Shown piece after piece: positions 1 through 8,066 of a stretch of DNA of 39,231 nt. The notes under the pieces were generated by a model that worked only from the letters and a program-made list of their open reading frames with translations, had not been told where the DNA came from and made no database searches. The first letter of the stretch is position 1. Every line of letters begins with the position of its first letter. The translations under genes and the position numbers were made by a program. The DNA comes from a virus. Taxonomy: Duplodnaviria > Caudoviricetes. The DNA lies in IMG/VR virus record IMGVR_UViG_3300038379_000304, positions 1 through 39,231 of that record; one strand, given 5' to 3'.

Positions 1-103
1 CGACCGAGCTGCAGGCCCAGGCGGTGGCGGCCGCGGAGGCCGCCGGCCTGGCGCCGGCCGAAGCCACCAAGGCCGGCTTCGGGGCGATCGCCCCGCTCCT
101 GCG
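1..103. repeat. 103-bp terminal overlap identical to 39129-39231 (circular assembly)
   Basis: Direct comparison of the two ends. The tape measure reading frame continues in phase across the join. Confidence 0.95.
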
Positions 104-776
104 CGAGCAGCTCAACGCCGCCCTCGCGTCCGGGCAGGAGCTCGACTCGAACACGAAGGCCCTCATCGAGGAGGCCCGCAAGAACGGGATCGAGATCATC
201 GCGGACCCGATGGTGGAGAGCGTGGCGGTCCAGAAGGACATGCTCGGCGAGCTGAAGCGGCTGGGCTCCGGCGGCTTCCGCCCGCCCGACGAGCAGTTCG
301 CCCGGGGCACGCGCGGGCTGCGGCGCCTGCGCTCGGACATGGTCGCGCGGGTCCACGCCGGCGAGGGGATGATGGTCATCCCCCGTGACGAGATGGCCCG
401 CATGGGCTTCGGCTCGTTCGCCAAGGGCTACTACGACGACATGTACGACACCCGGAGCGACCGGATCGGGACGCTCAACACCGGTGAGACGAGCACCACG
501 GGGGCCACCGGCACGGGCGACTCGTCCGGGTCGACGGCCTACGGCGGGGACTCTTCCTCCGGCACGTCCACGACGTCGTCGGCGCCGGCCGTGGCGGCCG
601 TGCGGGTCGAGCAGCCGGTGTCGATCCAGATCGTCGACAACAGCCCCGTGAAGACGGTGGAGGGGCAGCGGGCCTTTGGGCAGTACGTGGTCGCGGAGAT
701 CGAGCGGGCGCTCGACCAGAACGCCCGGGGCCTGGAGAGCCGGATCGAGCGGATCGCCCGGCGGGCGGTGGCGTAG
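1..776 (+). CDS. Tape measure protein, C-terminal part (continues from 37508 across the circular join)
   Basis: In frame with the ORF starting at 37508 once the 103-bp overlap is removed. It carries the FARGT...VHAGE motif typical of TMP C-termini. Confidence 0.85.
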   Translation, partial: TELQAQAVAAAEAAGLAPAEATKAGFGAIAPLLREQLNAALASGQELDSNTKALIEEARKNGIEIIADPMVESVAVQKDMLGELKRLGSGGFRPPDEQFARGTRGLRRLRSDMVARVHAGEGMMVIPRDEMARMGFGSFAKGYYDDMYDTRSDRIGTLNTGETSTTGATGTGDSSGSTAYGGDSSSGTSTTSSAPAVAAVRVEQPVSIQIVDNSPVKTVEGQRAFGQYVVAEIERALDQNARGLESRIERIARRAVA

Positions 777-2081
777 GTGGGCCGTCTCTCCTCCGCGCTG
801 CGCACGGAGCTCGAGCGATCGCCCGCGGCCGCCTACTTCCTGCTCTCGATCGTCGTCGGGGGCACGACGTACCGGTGGAGCGACGTCGGCCTGATCGACT
901 CGGCCGACGGACCGTACGAGGCCCGGGTCCTCTCGTGGGGCGGGTCGCTGCGCCGCGGGGTGCCCCAGGGTGACAACGGCCTCGACCTGTCGAACGACGT
1001 CGAGGTGACGCTCGACGATACCGACCAACTCCTCACGACCCTCCTCCAGGGCGCGACGCGCCATTCCGTCCGCGGCGCCTCCGTGACCATCAAGCTCGCC
1101 TCACCGAACGTCTCGGCGGGCTCGTGGTTCACCGTCTTCACGGGCCGCGTCGAGACCTACTCCCAGCCGGCGCCGCTCATGTGGACGCTGCGGTTCAGCC
1201 CCAACGACCTCCCGCTGCGCCGCGAGAGCATCCCGAAAGCCAGGATCTCGGCCTCGGACTGGCCCAGCTCGTCGGTCGACGCGCGCGAGCTCCCGGTGCC
1301 GATCCTCTACGGCCGCATCAGCTCGAGCAACGGCGCGAACAACGGGGCGATCTCCTGCCCCCTCGTCGACGCCGCGGGCTTCCGCTACCTGGTGTGCGGC
1401 GGCTGGGCGAAGTCGGTCGACGCCGTGTACAAGGACGGGGCCCCCGTCGCTGCCTCGGCCTACGCGATCACCCACCCGGTGGTGAACGGCCGGCAGTACA
1501 CCCTCATCGACTTCACGAGCACCCAGGGGAGCTCGTCGATCACGTGCGACGCCACCGGCTACGAGACCGTGGGCGACGGCACGGGGACGCTGATCGAGGA
1601 CCCGGCCGACATCATCGAGCACGCGCTCTCTAACTGGGTTTTCGGGGACTACCGCTCGGGCGCCTGGCTCTCGTCGGCCGCGATCCTCGACGCCGCAAGC
1701 TTCGCCACGACGTTCTTCTCCGACCGCGGATACAAGGGGTCGGTCTACCTCTCAACGAAACGGCGCGGCATCGACGTGCTCAACGACCTCCTGAAGAGCT
1801 TCGAGGCGAAGGCGTGCTGGACGCCCGAGGGCAAGATCGCCCTCAAGGTCGAGGACGTCACCTCCTGGAGCTACGTCACCGACCACGTGCTCCGTGAGGA
1901 CGAGCAGGCCTCGCCGTCGCTCACCCACCCGACCGCCCAGCTCGTCGACGAGGTCGAGGCCGAGTGGGCCGCCACCCCCACCGGCGGGTACACGCAGACG
2001 CTGAAGGTCAAGGACCTCGCGACGGGCGAGGAGGCGCCGGAGGAGATCCAGCTCCCCTTCAGCCCGGCGTTCTTCCTCTGA
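777..2081 (+). CDS. Tail tip/hub protein (434 aa)
   Basis: Directly follows the TMP. Beta-rich, with a VPILYG motif seen in tail hub proteins. Call is mainly positional. Confidence 0.6.
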   Translation: MGRLSSALRTELERSPAAAYFLLSIVVGGTTYRWSDVGLIDSADGPYEARVLSWGGSLRRGVPQGDNGLDLSNDVEVTLDDTDQLLTTLLQGATRHSVRGASVTIKLASPNVSAGSWFTVFTGRVETYSQPAPLMWTLRFSPNDLPLRRESIPKARISASDWPSSSVDARELPVPILYGRISSSNGANNGAISCPLVDAAGFRYLVCGGWAKSVDAVYKDGAPVAASAYAITHPVVNGRQYTLIDFTSTQGSSSITCDATGYETVGDGTGTLIEDPADIIEHALSNWVFGDYRSGAWLSSAAILDAASFATTFFSDRGYKGSVYLSTKRRGIDVLNDLLKSFEAKACWTPEGKIALKVEDVTSWSYVTDHVLREDEQASPSLTHPTAQLVDEVEAEWAATPTGGYTQTLKVKDLATGEEAPEEIQLPFSPAFFL

Positions 2082-4294
2082 TGGCGATCCCGACCGACGT
2101 CGCCGGCCTTTATGCATGGTACAAGGCCGGCAGTTTCTCGCTAGCGGACGGTGACACCTGTGGCAATTGGACGGACTCGAGCGGCAACGGCCGAACCGCC
2201 ACACCGCTAGGGACGCCGGTGTTCCGTGTGAGTCAGGTGGCCGGCTATCCGGCCGTCGACATGAGTGCTGGATACCTCTACTTCGCGGGCTGGACAGCCC
2301 TCGCAAACCACACGGTGTTCGTGGTCTTTCGCACCAAGACGGTCGGCGCCGGGGCCATGGTGGCCGGCGTAGGAAACGCTTTCTGGAACGCCGAGGCCCT
2401 CGCTCACGAGGCTGGAGGTCTCCGCAAGAGGTATTGGGACGGGGCGACCGGGAGCATCGGGGCGCAGGTGAGTTGCCCGGTGGGCGAGTGGCATTACTGC
2501 CACGCCGTGCAGGTCGCCGGCTCGACGGTAGCCGTTGCGCTGGATGGCTCATCCGAAACGTCTCAGGCCGTGGGCGCTCGGTACGGCAGCATGACCAACA
2601 CCGGAGACGTCGGCAGCGACGGCAACTCCGCGTATGCGGGCCTGGTGGCCGAGGCCGTCATCTACTCCGGAAACCTCTCGACCGGCGACAAGGCGCTGAT
2701 CAACGCCTACCTGCGCGACAAGTATTTCGGCGCGGCACCGGGCCAGAACGAGCAGATCCGCGATACCCTCTCGCGCCGGTTGTGGATGAGGCGCCGCCCC
2801 GGGGGGCTCCTCGAGGTGAGGGCGCCGCTGTGGGCGCTCGACGCCGACATCCTCGACCGCGTCGCCCTGGAGAGCCGCACGGGCCCAGCCCCGGCGGCGG
2901 CCGGCTGGCGGGCGAAGAAGTGGCAGCGGCGGGCCTTCACGAAGCAGCACGAGGAGGTGGACTTCGCGAGCCGCACGGTCAAGCTCCTCCTCCTCGATCG
3001 CCGGCCGCTCGACGTGCTCCTGTGGGACACCGCTCGCACCGACCTCGTGAACTCCTCCGCGCGCCAGGGCGGCGTCGCGCGGCTCACGAAAGGCGTGGGC
3101 TTCACCTTCTCGCGCCAGTCGCAGGCCTGGATTCCGAACCCGGCCGACCCGACGGCCTGCATCGCGTGCGCCCAGAACGAGCGCGCCATCAACCAGGACG
3201 GGGAGTTCCTCGAGGAGGCCCGGACGAACCAGCTCCTGCGCTCGGCCTTCGTGAGCGGCGTGACCGGCCTGACCCTCGCCGGGACCGGGACGAACGGGAG
3301 CGCGATCGCGGTCGACACCACCGACCTCTTCTTTGACCAGGCCACGAGCCCGAACAGCCTGAAGTTCACGGCCGGCAACCCCCACAGCGCCGAGCTGCGC
3401 GCCACTTTCCCGGCCACCGCCTCGTGGGCGAACACGGCGTGCCGCGTGACGATCGACCACAAGACCGACAGCGGCGAGCGCCTGTACTGGCGGCTCCAGC
3501 GCTCGGGCGACTCCAACTACTGGAACGACGGCACGGGCGCGTGGCAGGCGGGCAGCGTCGACAACGCGTGTGCCGTGTCGGCCGCCCGCAACCCGGCGAA
3601 CCGCACGATCAGCAAGGCCGTCACGATGGACGCCACGAGCCGCACGCTCACCCTCTCGGTCTTCCTCCAGTCCGGCGGCACGGCCTCGCGCGTGTCCCAC
3701 CTCTACCACGCGCAGATCGAGCAGGGCAGCTTCCCGACGAGCCGGATCGTCACCGACGGCGCCGCCGTGACCCGGGTGAAGACGCAGCTCTCGCACGAGG
3801 TCACGACGGCGCTCAAGCTCTACGATCCCGCCCTCGGGGCGTTCTGGTGCCAGTTCGTCCCGGACTGGTCGTCCTCCGAGCTCGGCTCGACGGAGGACCA
3901 GTACCTCTACTACATGGAGACGAACGGCGGGGCCGACCGCCAGGCCCTCTACTACGACGCCAGCGCCGGGGCCTGGGTCTTCGAGTCGAAGGTCGGCGGC
4001 TCGACGGTCACCGCCAGCAAGACGGCCACGGTCACCCGCGGCACGGTCTACGCGATCGGCTGCCGGTGGACCGGCGCCGAGGGCGAGCTCGACCTGACGC
4101 CCTACACCGTCTCCGTCTTCGTGGACGGGGTGAAGGGCACGGACGCGGTGAGCGCGGCGCCGACGTTCACCTCGCCGGAGACCCTCTACCGTGGCTCGGA
4201 CGCCTCCTTCGCGAAGCAGGCGAACGGGGCCGTCCGCGAGGTGCGGATCTTCCCCTACGCGCCCACCGACGAGGAAATGGGGGCGCTGCCGTGA
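2081..4294 (+). CDS. Tail protein / putative receptor-binding protein with LamG/ConA-like domains (737 aa)
   Basis: ATG overlaps the previous stop. N-terminus is LamG-like (WYKAG...WTDSSGNGR...GLVAEAVIYS...YLRDKY). C-terminal module has E-x-x-RTN...QIEQGSFPTS...VTR and ends NGAVREVRIF. Confidence 0.7.
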   Translation: MAIPTDVAGLYAWYKAGSFSLADGDTCGNWTDSSGNGRTATPLGTPVFRVSQVAGYPAVDMSAGYLYFAGWTALANHTVFVVFRTKTVGAGAMVAGVGNAFWNAEALAHEAGGLRKRYWDGATGSIGAQVSCPVGEWHYCHAVQVAGSTVAVALDGSSETSQAVGARYGSMTNTGDVGSDGNSAYAGLVAEAVIYSGNLSTGDKALINAYLRDKYFGAAPGQNEQIRDTLSRRLWMRRRPGGLLEVRAPLWALDADILDRVALESRTGPAPAAAGWRAKKWQRRAFTKQHEEVDFASRTVKLLLLDRRPLDVLLWDTARTDLVNSSARQGGVARLTKGVGFTFSRQSQAWIPNPADPTACIACAQNERAINQDGEFLEEARTNQLLRSAFVSGVTGLTLAGTGTNGSAIAVDTTDLFFDQATSPNSLKFTAGNPHSAELRATFPATASWANTACRVTIDHKTDSGERLYWRLQRSGDSNYWNDGTGAWQAGSVDNACAVSAARNPANRTISKAVTMDATSRTLTLSVFLQSGGTASRVSHLYHAQIEQGSFPTSRIVTDGAAVTRVKTQLSHEVTTALKLYDPALGAFWCQFVPDWSSSELGSTEDQYLYYMETNGGADRQALYYDASAGAWVFESKVGGSTVTASKTATVTRGTVYAIGCRWTGAEGELDLTPYTVSVFVDGVKGTDAVSAAPTFTSPETLYRGSDASFAKQANGAVREVRIFPYAPTDEEMGALP

Positions 4295-4512
4295 AGCCCC
4301 GCGAGCTCGTCGCCTGGCGCCGCGAGGCCGTCGGCCGGGACCGGGCCTTCGCCGAGGTGCTGCGGACGTTCGCCCGGCGCGACGCCTGGCTGCGGGCCCG
4401 CCTCGTCGAGCTGCACCTGCGCGTGAAGGCGCTCGACGGCCAGACGCCCGAGGTGCCCGAGTTCCCGCCGCTCGAGATCCCCCGCGAGCTCGCGGGGCTC
4501 CTGGAGGAGTGA
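4291..4512 (+). CDS. Hypothetical protein (73 aa)
   Basis: GTGA overlap with the upstream stop, typical codon usage, fills the gap in the operon. Confidence 0.6.
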   Translation: MKPRELVAWRREAVGRDRAFAEVLRTFARRDAWLRARLVELHLRVKALDGQTPEVPEFPPLEIPRELAGLLEE

Positions 4513-4516
4513 TCCC

Positions 4517-5566
4517 GTGTCCATGCTGTTCGCCGCCGGGCAGTACGCGAACCTCCTCGAGCGCGCCCGCGCCCTGACGATCTCCCCGGGCGCCGACTCC
4601 CTCTTCCCCGCGACGCAGCTCTACGACGGCCGCCTGTCGCGCCCCATGAAGTTCTCCTCGAACGCGGCGAACCCCGCGATCACGTTCGACCTGGCGCCCT
4701 TCACCCCGGCCGGCGCCGGCACCTACTACGTGGTCGCCCGCGCGGGCGAGCGGCGCCGGCTCAACAGCAGCGGCACGACCTCGATCACGCTGCAGAACCT
4801 GTCCACCGGGAAGTACCTCACGACCTCGTCGACCTGGCAGACGGCCTCGACCTCGTGCCTCACGGGGGCCGGGAGCCGGGACTACCAGGTCGAGGGCCTC
4901 AGCCTGTGCCACCAGCCCTACGTCACGCTCAAGATCGTCGTCACCAGTGGGACCACGGTCGGGGACTGGCCGCAGTGGAACGCCGTCGTGATCTTCGGGC
5001 ACAACCTCGACCCGGGCCTGACGGTCGAGCTGCGCTCGAGCACCGACAACTTCAGCGGGTCGAACGTGCTCGAGGTAACGGGTGCGATCGCGCAGCCGGG
5101 CTTCTTCATGCTCGACACCGGAGGCATCCTCAACCGCTACGGCCGCGTCCTCTTCACGGGGACGAACCAGGCCACCGGGTGGATCGCGGAGTGCCTCCCG
5201 TGCTGGCTGGAGACGGCGGTGAACGCCCCCGAGGTGGGGATGGAGATCCAGTACATCGAGGCCCAGGTGCGCAACACCGGCCCGTGGGGCGAGACCTACG
5301 TCTACCCCCTGGCCTCCCGCCCGCGCCGCATCGCGCAGATGACCTTCGACCAGCTCGCGACGACGGGGGCGCTCCAGACCCGGCAGGAGATGGTGCTGCG
5401 CGGCCGCGGCGGGGCCTACCCGATGGTGGTCGTGCCGGTCGACTCCGAGCCCGACGTGCTCTTCGGCCGCCTCTCCGACAAGTGGAGCGAGACGCGCTTC
5501 ATCTCGACCCGCTACCGCAACGACCTGGTGCTCGCCGAGGACCCGATCGCCGAGCCGCTCGCCTGA
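4517..5566 (+). CDS. Tail-associated structural protein (349 aa)
   Basis: Last gene of the tail operon; Thr/Ser-rich and beta-rich. Confidence 0.6.
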   Translation: MSMLFAAGQYANLLERARALTISPGADSLFPATQLYDGRLSRPMKFSSNAANPAITFDLAPFTPAGAGTYYVVARAGERRRLNSSGTTSITLQNLSTGKYLTTSSTWQTASTSCLTGAGSRDYQVEGLSLCHQPYVTLKIVVTSGTTVGDWPQWNAVVIFGHNLDPGLTVELRSSTDNFSGSNVLEVTGAIAQPGFFMLDTGGILNRYGRVLFTGTNQATGWIAECLPCWLETAVNAPEVGMEIQYIEAQVRNTGPWGETYVYPLASRPRRIAQMTFDQLATTGALQTRQEMVLRGRGGAYPMVVVPVDSEPDVLFGRLSDKWSETRFISTRYRNDLVLAEDPIAEPLA

Positions 5567-5567
5567 T

Positions 5568-6203
5568 CTACTCGCGGCTGATCGTGTCACCTCCGGGTGC
5601 GGAGTCTAGCTCGTCCGGGTGGGGCCGGTGGCCCCTCCCTTTCGAGGCAACGGCCTTGATCATCGGCGCCCAGATGAGTGGGTTGGGTACCGAGAGGAGC
5701 ATGCTCTTCCCGCGCTTCTGAGTGCTCACCTCGATCGCGTCGAGGAGAGGGTCGGCCGAGAGAATGTCCGCCAGCTTCACAGAACGGTTTTCGGTCGTTC
5801 CGTCGAACACCAGGCGCTTCGTGGTCAGGACGAGCGTCCCGGCGTCGATCCGCCGGAGTCTCGTGTGCTGCTCGGACGCGCCGGCTCCGAGATGCAGCCC
5901 CCGGACCCTCGTTCCAGCGCCGCCGTACAGCCGGTAGGTCTGCGTCTCGTACAGCGCGGCGGGGTCGGTGAGGACGGCGTGCTCGTCGGCTCCGAGGATC
6001 AGGTTCGTCTCGACCTCCTCGACGCCCTGCGCCGCCGCGGCGCGCTCGAAGTAGGCGGCGGCCTCTGCCTGGTTGGCCGCCGCTCTCTCGGCCTCCTCGC
6101 GGCGCCGCTTCCGCGCGCCGAACCAGCCGCGGACGAGGAGGTAGAGGACGAACGGCGACGCCAGGAGCGCCACCATGAGCGCGATGCCGAGGTTCCCGTC
6201 CAT
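5568..6203 (-). CDS. Membrane-anchored protein with PH-like domain (211 aa), lysogeny accessory candidate
   Basis: N-terminal TM (LGIALMVALLASPFVLYLLV) followed by a basic stretch. DAGTLVLTTKRLVFDG resembles bacterial PH-like domains. Starts 4 nt after the integrase stop. Confidence 0.65.
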   Translation of the reverse strand: MDGNLGIALMVALLASPFVLYLLVRGWFGARKRRREEAERAAANQAEAAAYFERAAAAQGVEEVETNLILGADEHAVLTDPAALYETQTYRLYGGAGTRVRGLHLGAGASEQHTRLRRIDAGTLVLTTKRLVFDGTTENRSVKLADILSADPLLDAIEVSTQKRGKSMLLSVPNPLIWAPMIKAVASKGRGHRPHPDELDSAPGGDTISRE

Positions 6204-6207
6204 GCCG

Positions 6208-7299
6208 CTACCTCCAGCCGAGCAATCGCTGTTGCACCGGCTCGCCCGCCCGGAGCTGCTCGAGCCGCGTGATCGCGTCGGCCTGGTCCTGCCTGAGGAC
6301 GACGCTGTAGGCCTGGTGGGTCCGGGTGTCACGGTGGCCGAGCTGGGCCATGGCCACGTAGGGGGCCACGCCCGCCCGCCGCAGGTCACGTGCCGCCGTG
6401 CGGCGCAGGTCGTGGATGAGGGCCGCCGGTACGCCCGCCTTGATGCTCGCCTCGCGCCAGCGCTTCTGCAGGCCCGTGCGGTCCAGGGGGCGCCCCGCGC
6501 GCCCCGGGAAGACGTAGGGGCTCAGGACGCGGCGGCTGGTGCGCTGGGTGTCGAGGAGGGTGACCAGGGCCGGCGAGCTCGCGAACGCGAAGGACCTCGG
6601 CTCGCCCGTCTTCGAGTTCTCGGCCGCCAGGTGGATCTCTCCGTCCGCGAAGTCGACGTGCTGCCAGGCGAGGCTGAGGGCCTCGCGCTCGCGCCAGCCG
6701 GTGAGGTAGAGGAAGCGCACCACCGGCACGTAGCGCGGGGGAAGGTTGGAGCAGATGGCCTCGAAGTCCCCGCGCTCGACGACGCCCGTCCGGTGCTGGA
6801 CGCCCTTGAGGCGGTCCATGATCGGGACATCCCGCACCCGGCCGGCCCGGCGCGCGAGAACGAAGGCGCGGTGCAGGATCGCGATCTCGAGGTTGATCGT
6901 CGCCGGCGCGGCGCCCTCCGCGCGGCGCCGGAGGGCGTGGGCGGTCACCCGGTCGGTCGTGATAGCGGCGGCGTTCCAGCCGGCGAAGGACTTCCGGAGG
7001 TGGCGCAGCCGGGCGGTCGCCTGGGTCACACCCTTCCGCCCCTTCGCCTGCCAGTCCTCGAGCAGGAGCCTCTCGAGGTCATCGTAGCGGGCCGCCGCGG
7101 CCACCCTCGCCGGCTCCCCACGGCGAGCCTCGCTCACCCGCTCGAGGGCCCACGCCTGGGCCGCGGCCTCGTCCCGCTCGCCGGTGCTGTAGCGCTGCCC
7201 ACCCGGGGCCTTCCACCAGAAGACCCCGGCCTGGCGCTTCTCGCCGGACTTGGTGCGATAGGTTGGCCTGTACAGGTGTCCCATCCCCCTGACCTGCAT
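6208..7299 (-). CDS. int: Tyrosine integrase (363 aa)
   Basis: Catalytic residues are present: LTGWR, SKTG, HDLRRT, LGH and a downstream Tyr. GGAGG lies upstream of the ATG at 7299. Confidence 0.93.
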   Translation of the reverse strand: MQVRGMGHLYRPTYRTKSGEKRQAGVFWWKAPGGQRYSTGERDEAAAQAWALERVSEARRGEPARVAAAARYDDLERLLLEDWQAKGRKGVTQATARLRHLRKSFAGWNAAAITTDRVTAHALRRRAEGAAPATINLEIAILHRAFVLARRAGRVRDVPIMDRLKGVQHRTGVVERGDFEAICSNLPPRYVPVVRFLYLTGWREREALSLAWQHVDFADGEIHLAAENSKTGEPRSFAFASSPALVTLLDTQRTSRRVLSPYVFPGRAGRPLDRTGLQKRWREASIKAGVPAALIHDLRRTAARDLRRAGVAPYVAMAQLGHRDTRTHQAYSVVLRQDQADAITRLEQLRAGEPVQQRLLGWR

Positions 7300-7438
7300 G
7301 CTGCCCCTCCAACCACCTCGACAGCCCAGGCTCCTCGAAGCGCAGCGCGCGCCCGATGCGCCGCGCGAAGGGGAGCTGCTTGGCGTGGTCGTAGACCCAC
7401 CGCGGCGACATCCCCAACCTCTGGGCCGTCTGGTGCAC
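7079..7438 (-). CDS. Excisionase/AlpA-like HTH protein (start uncertain; frame overlaps the int 5' end)
   Basis: (LLD)VHQTAQRLGMSPRWVYDHAKQLPFARRIGRALRFEEPGLSRWL matches the Xis/HTH_17 pattern, and the ORF lies directly upstream of int. Confidence 0.7.
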   Translation of the reverse strand: MHQTAQRLGMSPRWVYDHAKQLPFARRIGRALRFEEPGLSRWLEGQHAGQGDGTPVQANLSHQVRREAPGRGLLVEGPGWAALQHRRAGRGRGPGVGPRAGERGSPWGAGEGGRGGPLR

Positions 7439-7445
7439 GTCCAGC

Positions 7446-7473
7446 AATCTACGCTCTTCCGTACGTACGTCAA
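7446..7473 (-). promoter_or_regulatory. Leftward sigma70-like promoter TTGACG-N16-TAGATT (xis/int)
   Basis: Read on the minus strand. A GTG lies 7 nt after the -10 box. The spacer contains the 12-mer shared with the rightward promoter. Confidence 0.6.
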
Positions 7474-7671
7474 GCGCTTTTTGGTCACCCCCGCAGCGGT
7501 GGGTGCAGATCCAGTCGAGGAACGGGCACCGTGGCACGGCCAGGGATCTTGTTGTAGCCGCACTGTATGCGTCCATCGTGCAGGTGCTCCATGCGGCTGC
7601 TCTTATGCTTACCGTGACGGACACAGGAAACGGCTACGCCCCGAAAGGTTGTGCGGCGGCTCGGAAAGTCC

Positions 7672-7700
7672 TTGACTTCCGTACGTAGGACGCCTAGATT
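7672..7700 (+). promoter_or_regulatory. Rightward sigma70-like promoter TTGACT-N17-TAGATT (early genes)
   Basis: Near-consensus boxes with a 17-nt spacer. The ATG at 7710 is 9 nt downstream. Contains CTTCCGTACGTA (7676-7687), also present at 7456-7467. Confidence 0.7.
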
Positions 7701-7709
7701 CCGGTCTGC

Positions 7710-7907
7710 ATGGGCGACCAGGAGAAGACCGAGAGCCCCGGGGCGGCGCTGGTGGCGTTCCGTTGGAGGAAGGCCAGCAAAGCCGAGCGCCTGCGTGTCT
7801 CCCGGATGCTCAACGCGGCGAAGGCCGCGAAGAAGGCCGCGGAGCTCGCGGCTGAGGCCTCGGGCACGGTTCGGTCCAAGCGCAAGCCTGCCAGGGCTCG
7901 CAAGTAG
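7710..7907 (+). CDS. Small Lys/Arg/Ala-rich basic protein (65 aa), possible nucleic-acid-binding regulator
   Basis: First ORF after the rightward promoter; strongly basic and predicted helical. Confidence 0.55.
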   Translation: MGDQEKTESPGAALVAFRWRKASKAERLRVSRMLNAAKAAKKAAELAAEASGTVRSKRKPARARK

Positions 7908-8066
7908 CAGGAAAGACACGGGCGAGGGGATGGGATCGGCACAACACTGGGTTACGCGGACAAGGGGAGAGGGTAGCAGCCCCCGCGCCAACCCGCTGAT
8001 GTCGCGCAGGACCGCGAAAGAGCGGTCCCGACCCCTACCCCCCCGACCGGACACAAGGGGGGCAAA

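Noticed and set aside
798-818. LRTELER peptide in the tail hub resembling the duplicated VAQLRTELERAAW segment
   Set aside because: Too short and in an unrelated context; likely coincidence.
2081-4294. Diversity-generating retroelement target in the tail protein
   Set aside because: I saw no reverse transcriptase and no TR/VR pair differing at adenines.
4456-4494. Possible self-target of array 1 unit 2 (gapped match within PEFPPLEIPREL)
   Set aside because: Only 6 of 13 dinucleotides match, which is compatible with chance.
2549-5590. Very long antisense or alternative-frame ORFs (also 21800-24604, 26670-28424, 12033-13682 and others)
   Set aside because: These are shadow ORFs expected in high-GC DNA opposite well-supported genes, with no recognisable motifs.
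7480-7670. tRNA gene or tRNA-derived attP core
   Set aside because: The minus strand has ...GGGGGTGACCA but no T-arm (GTTCRA) or cloverleaf. attP cannot be assigned without the host sequence.
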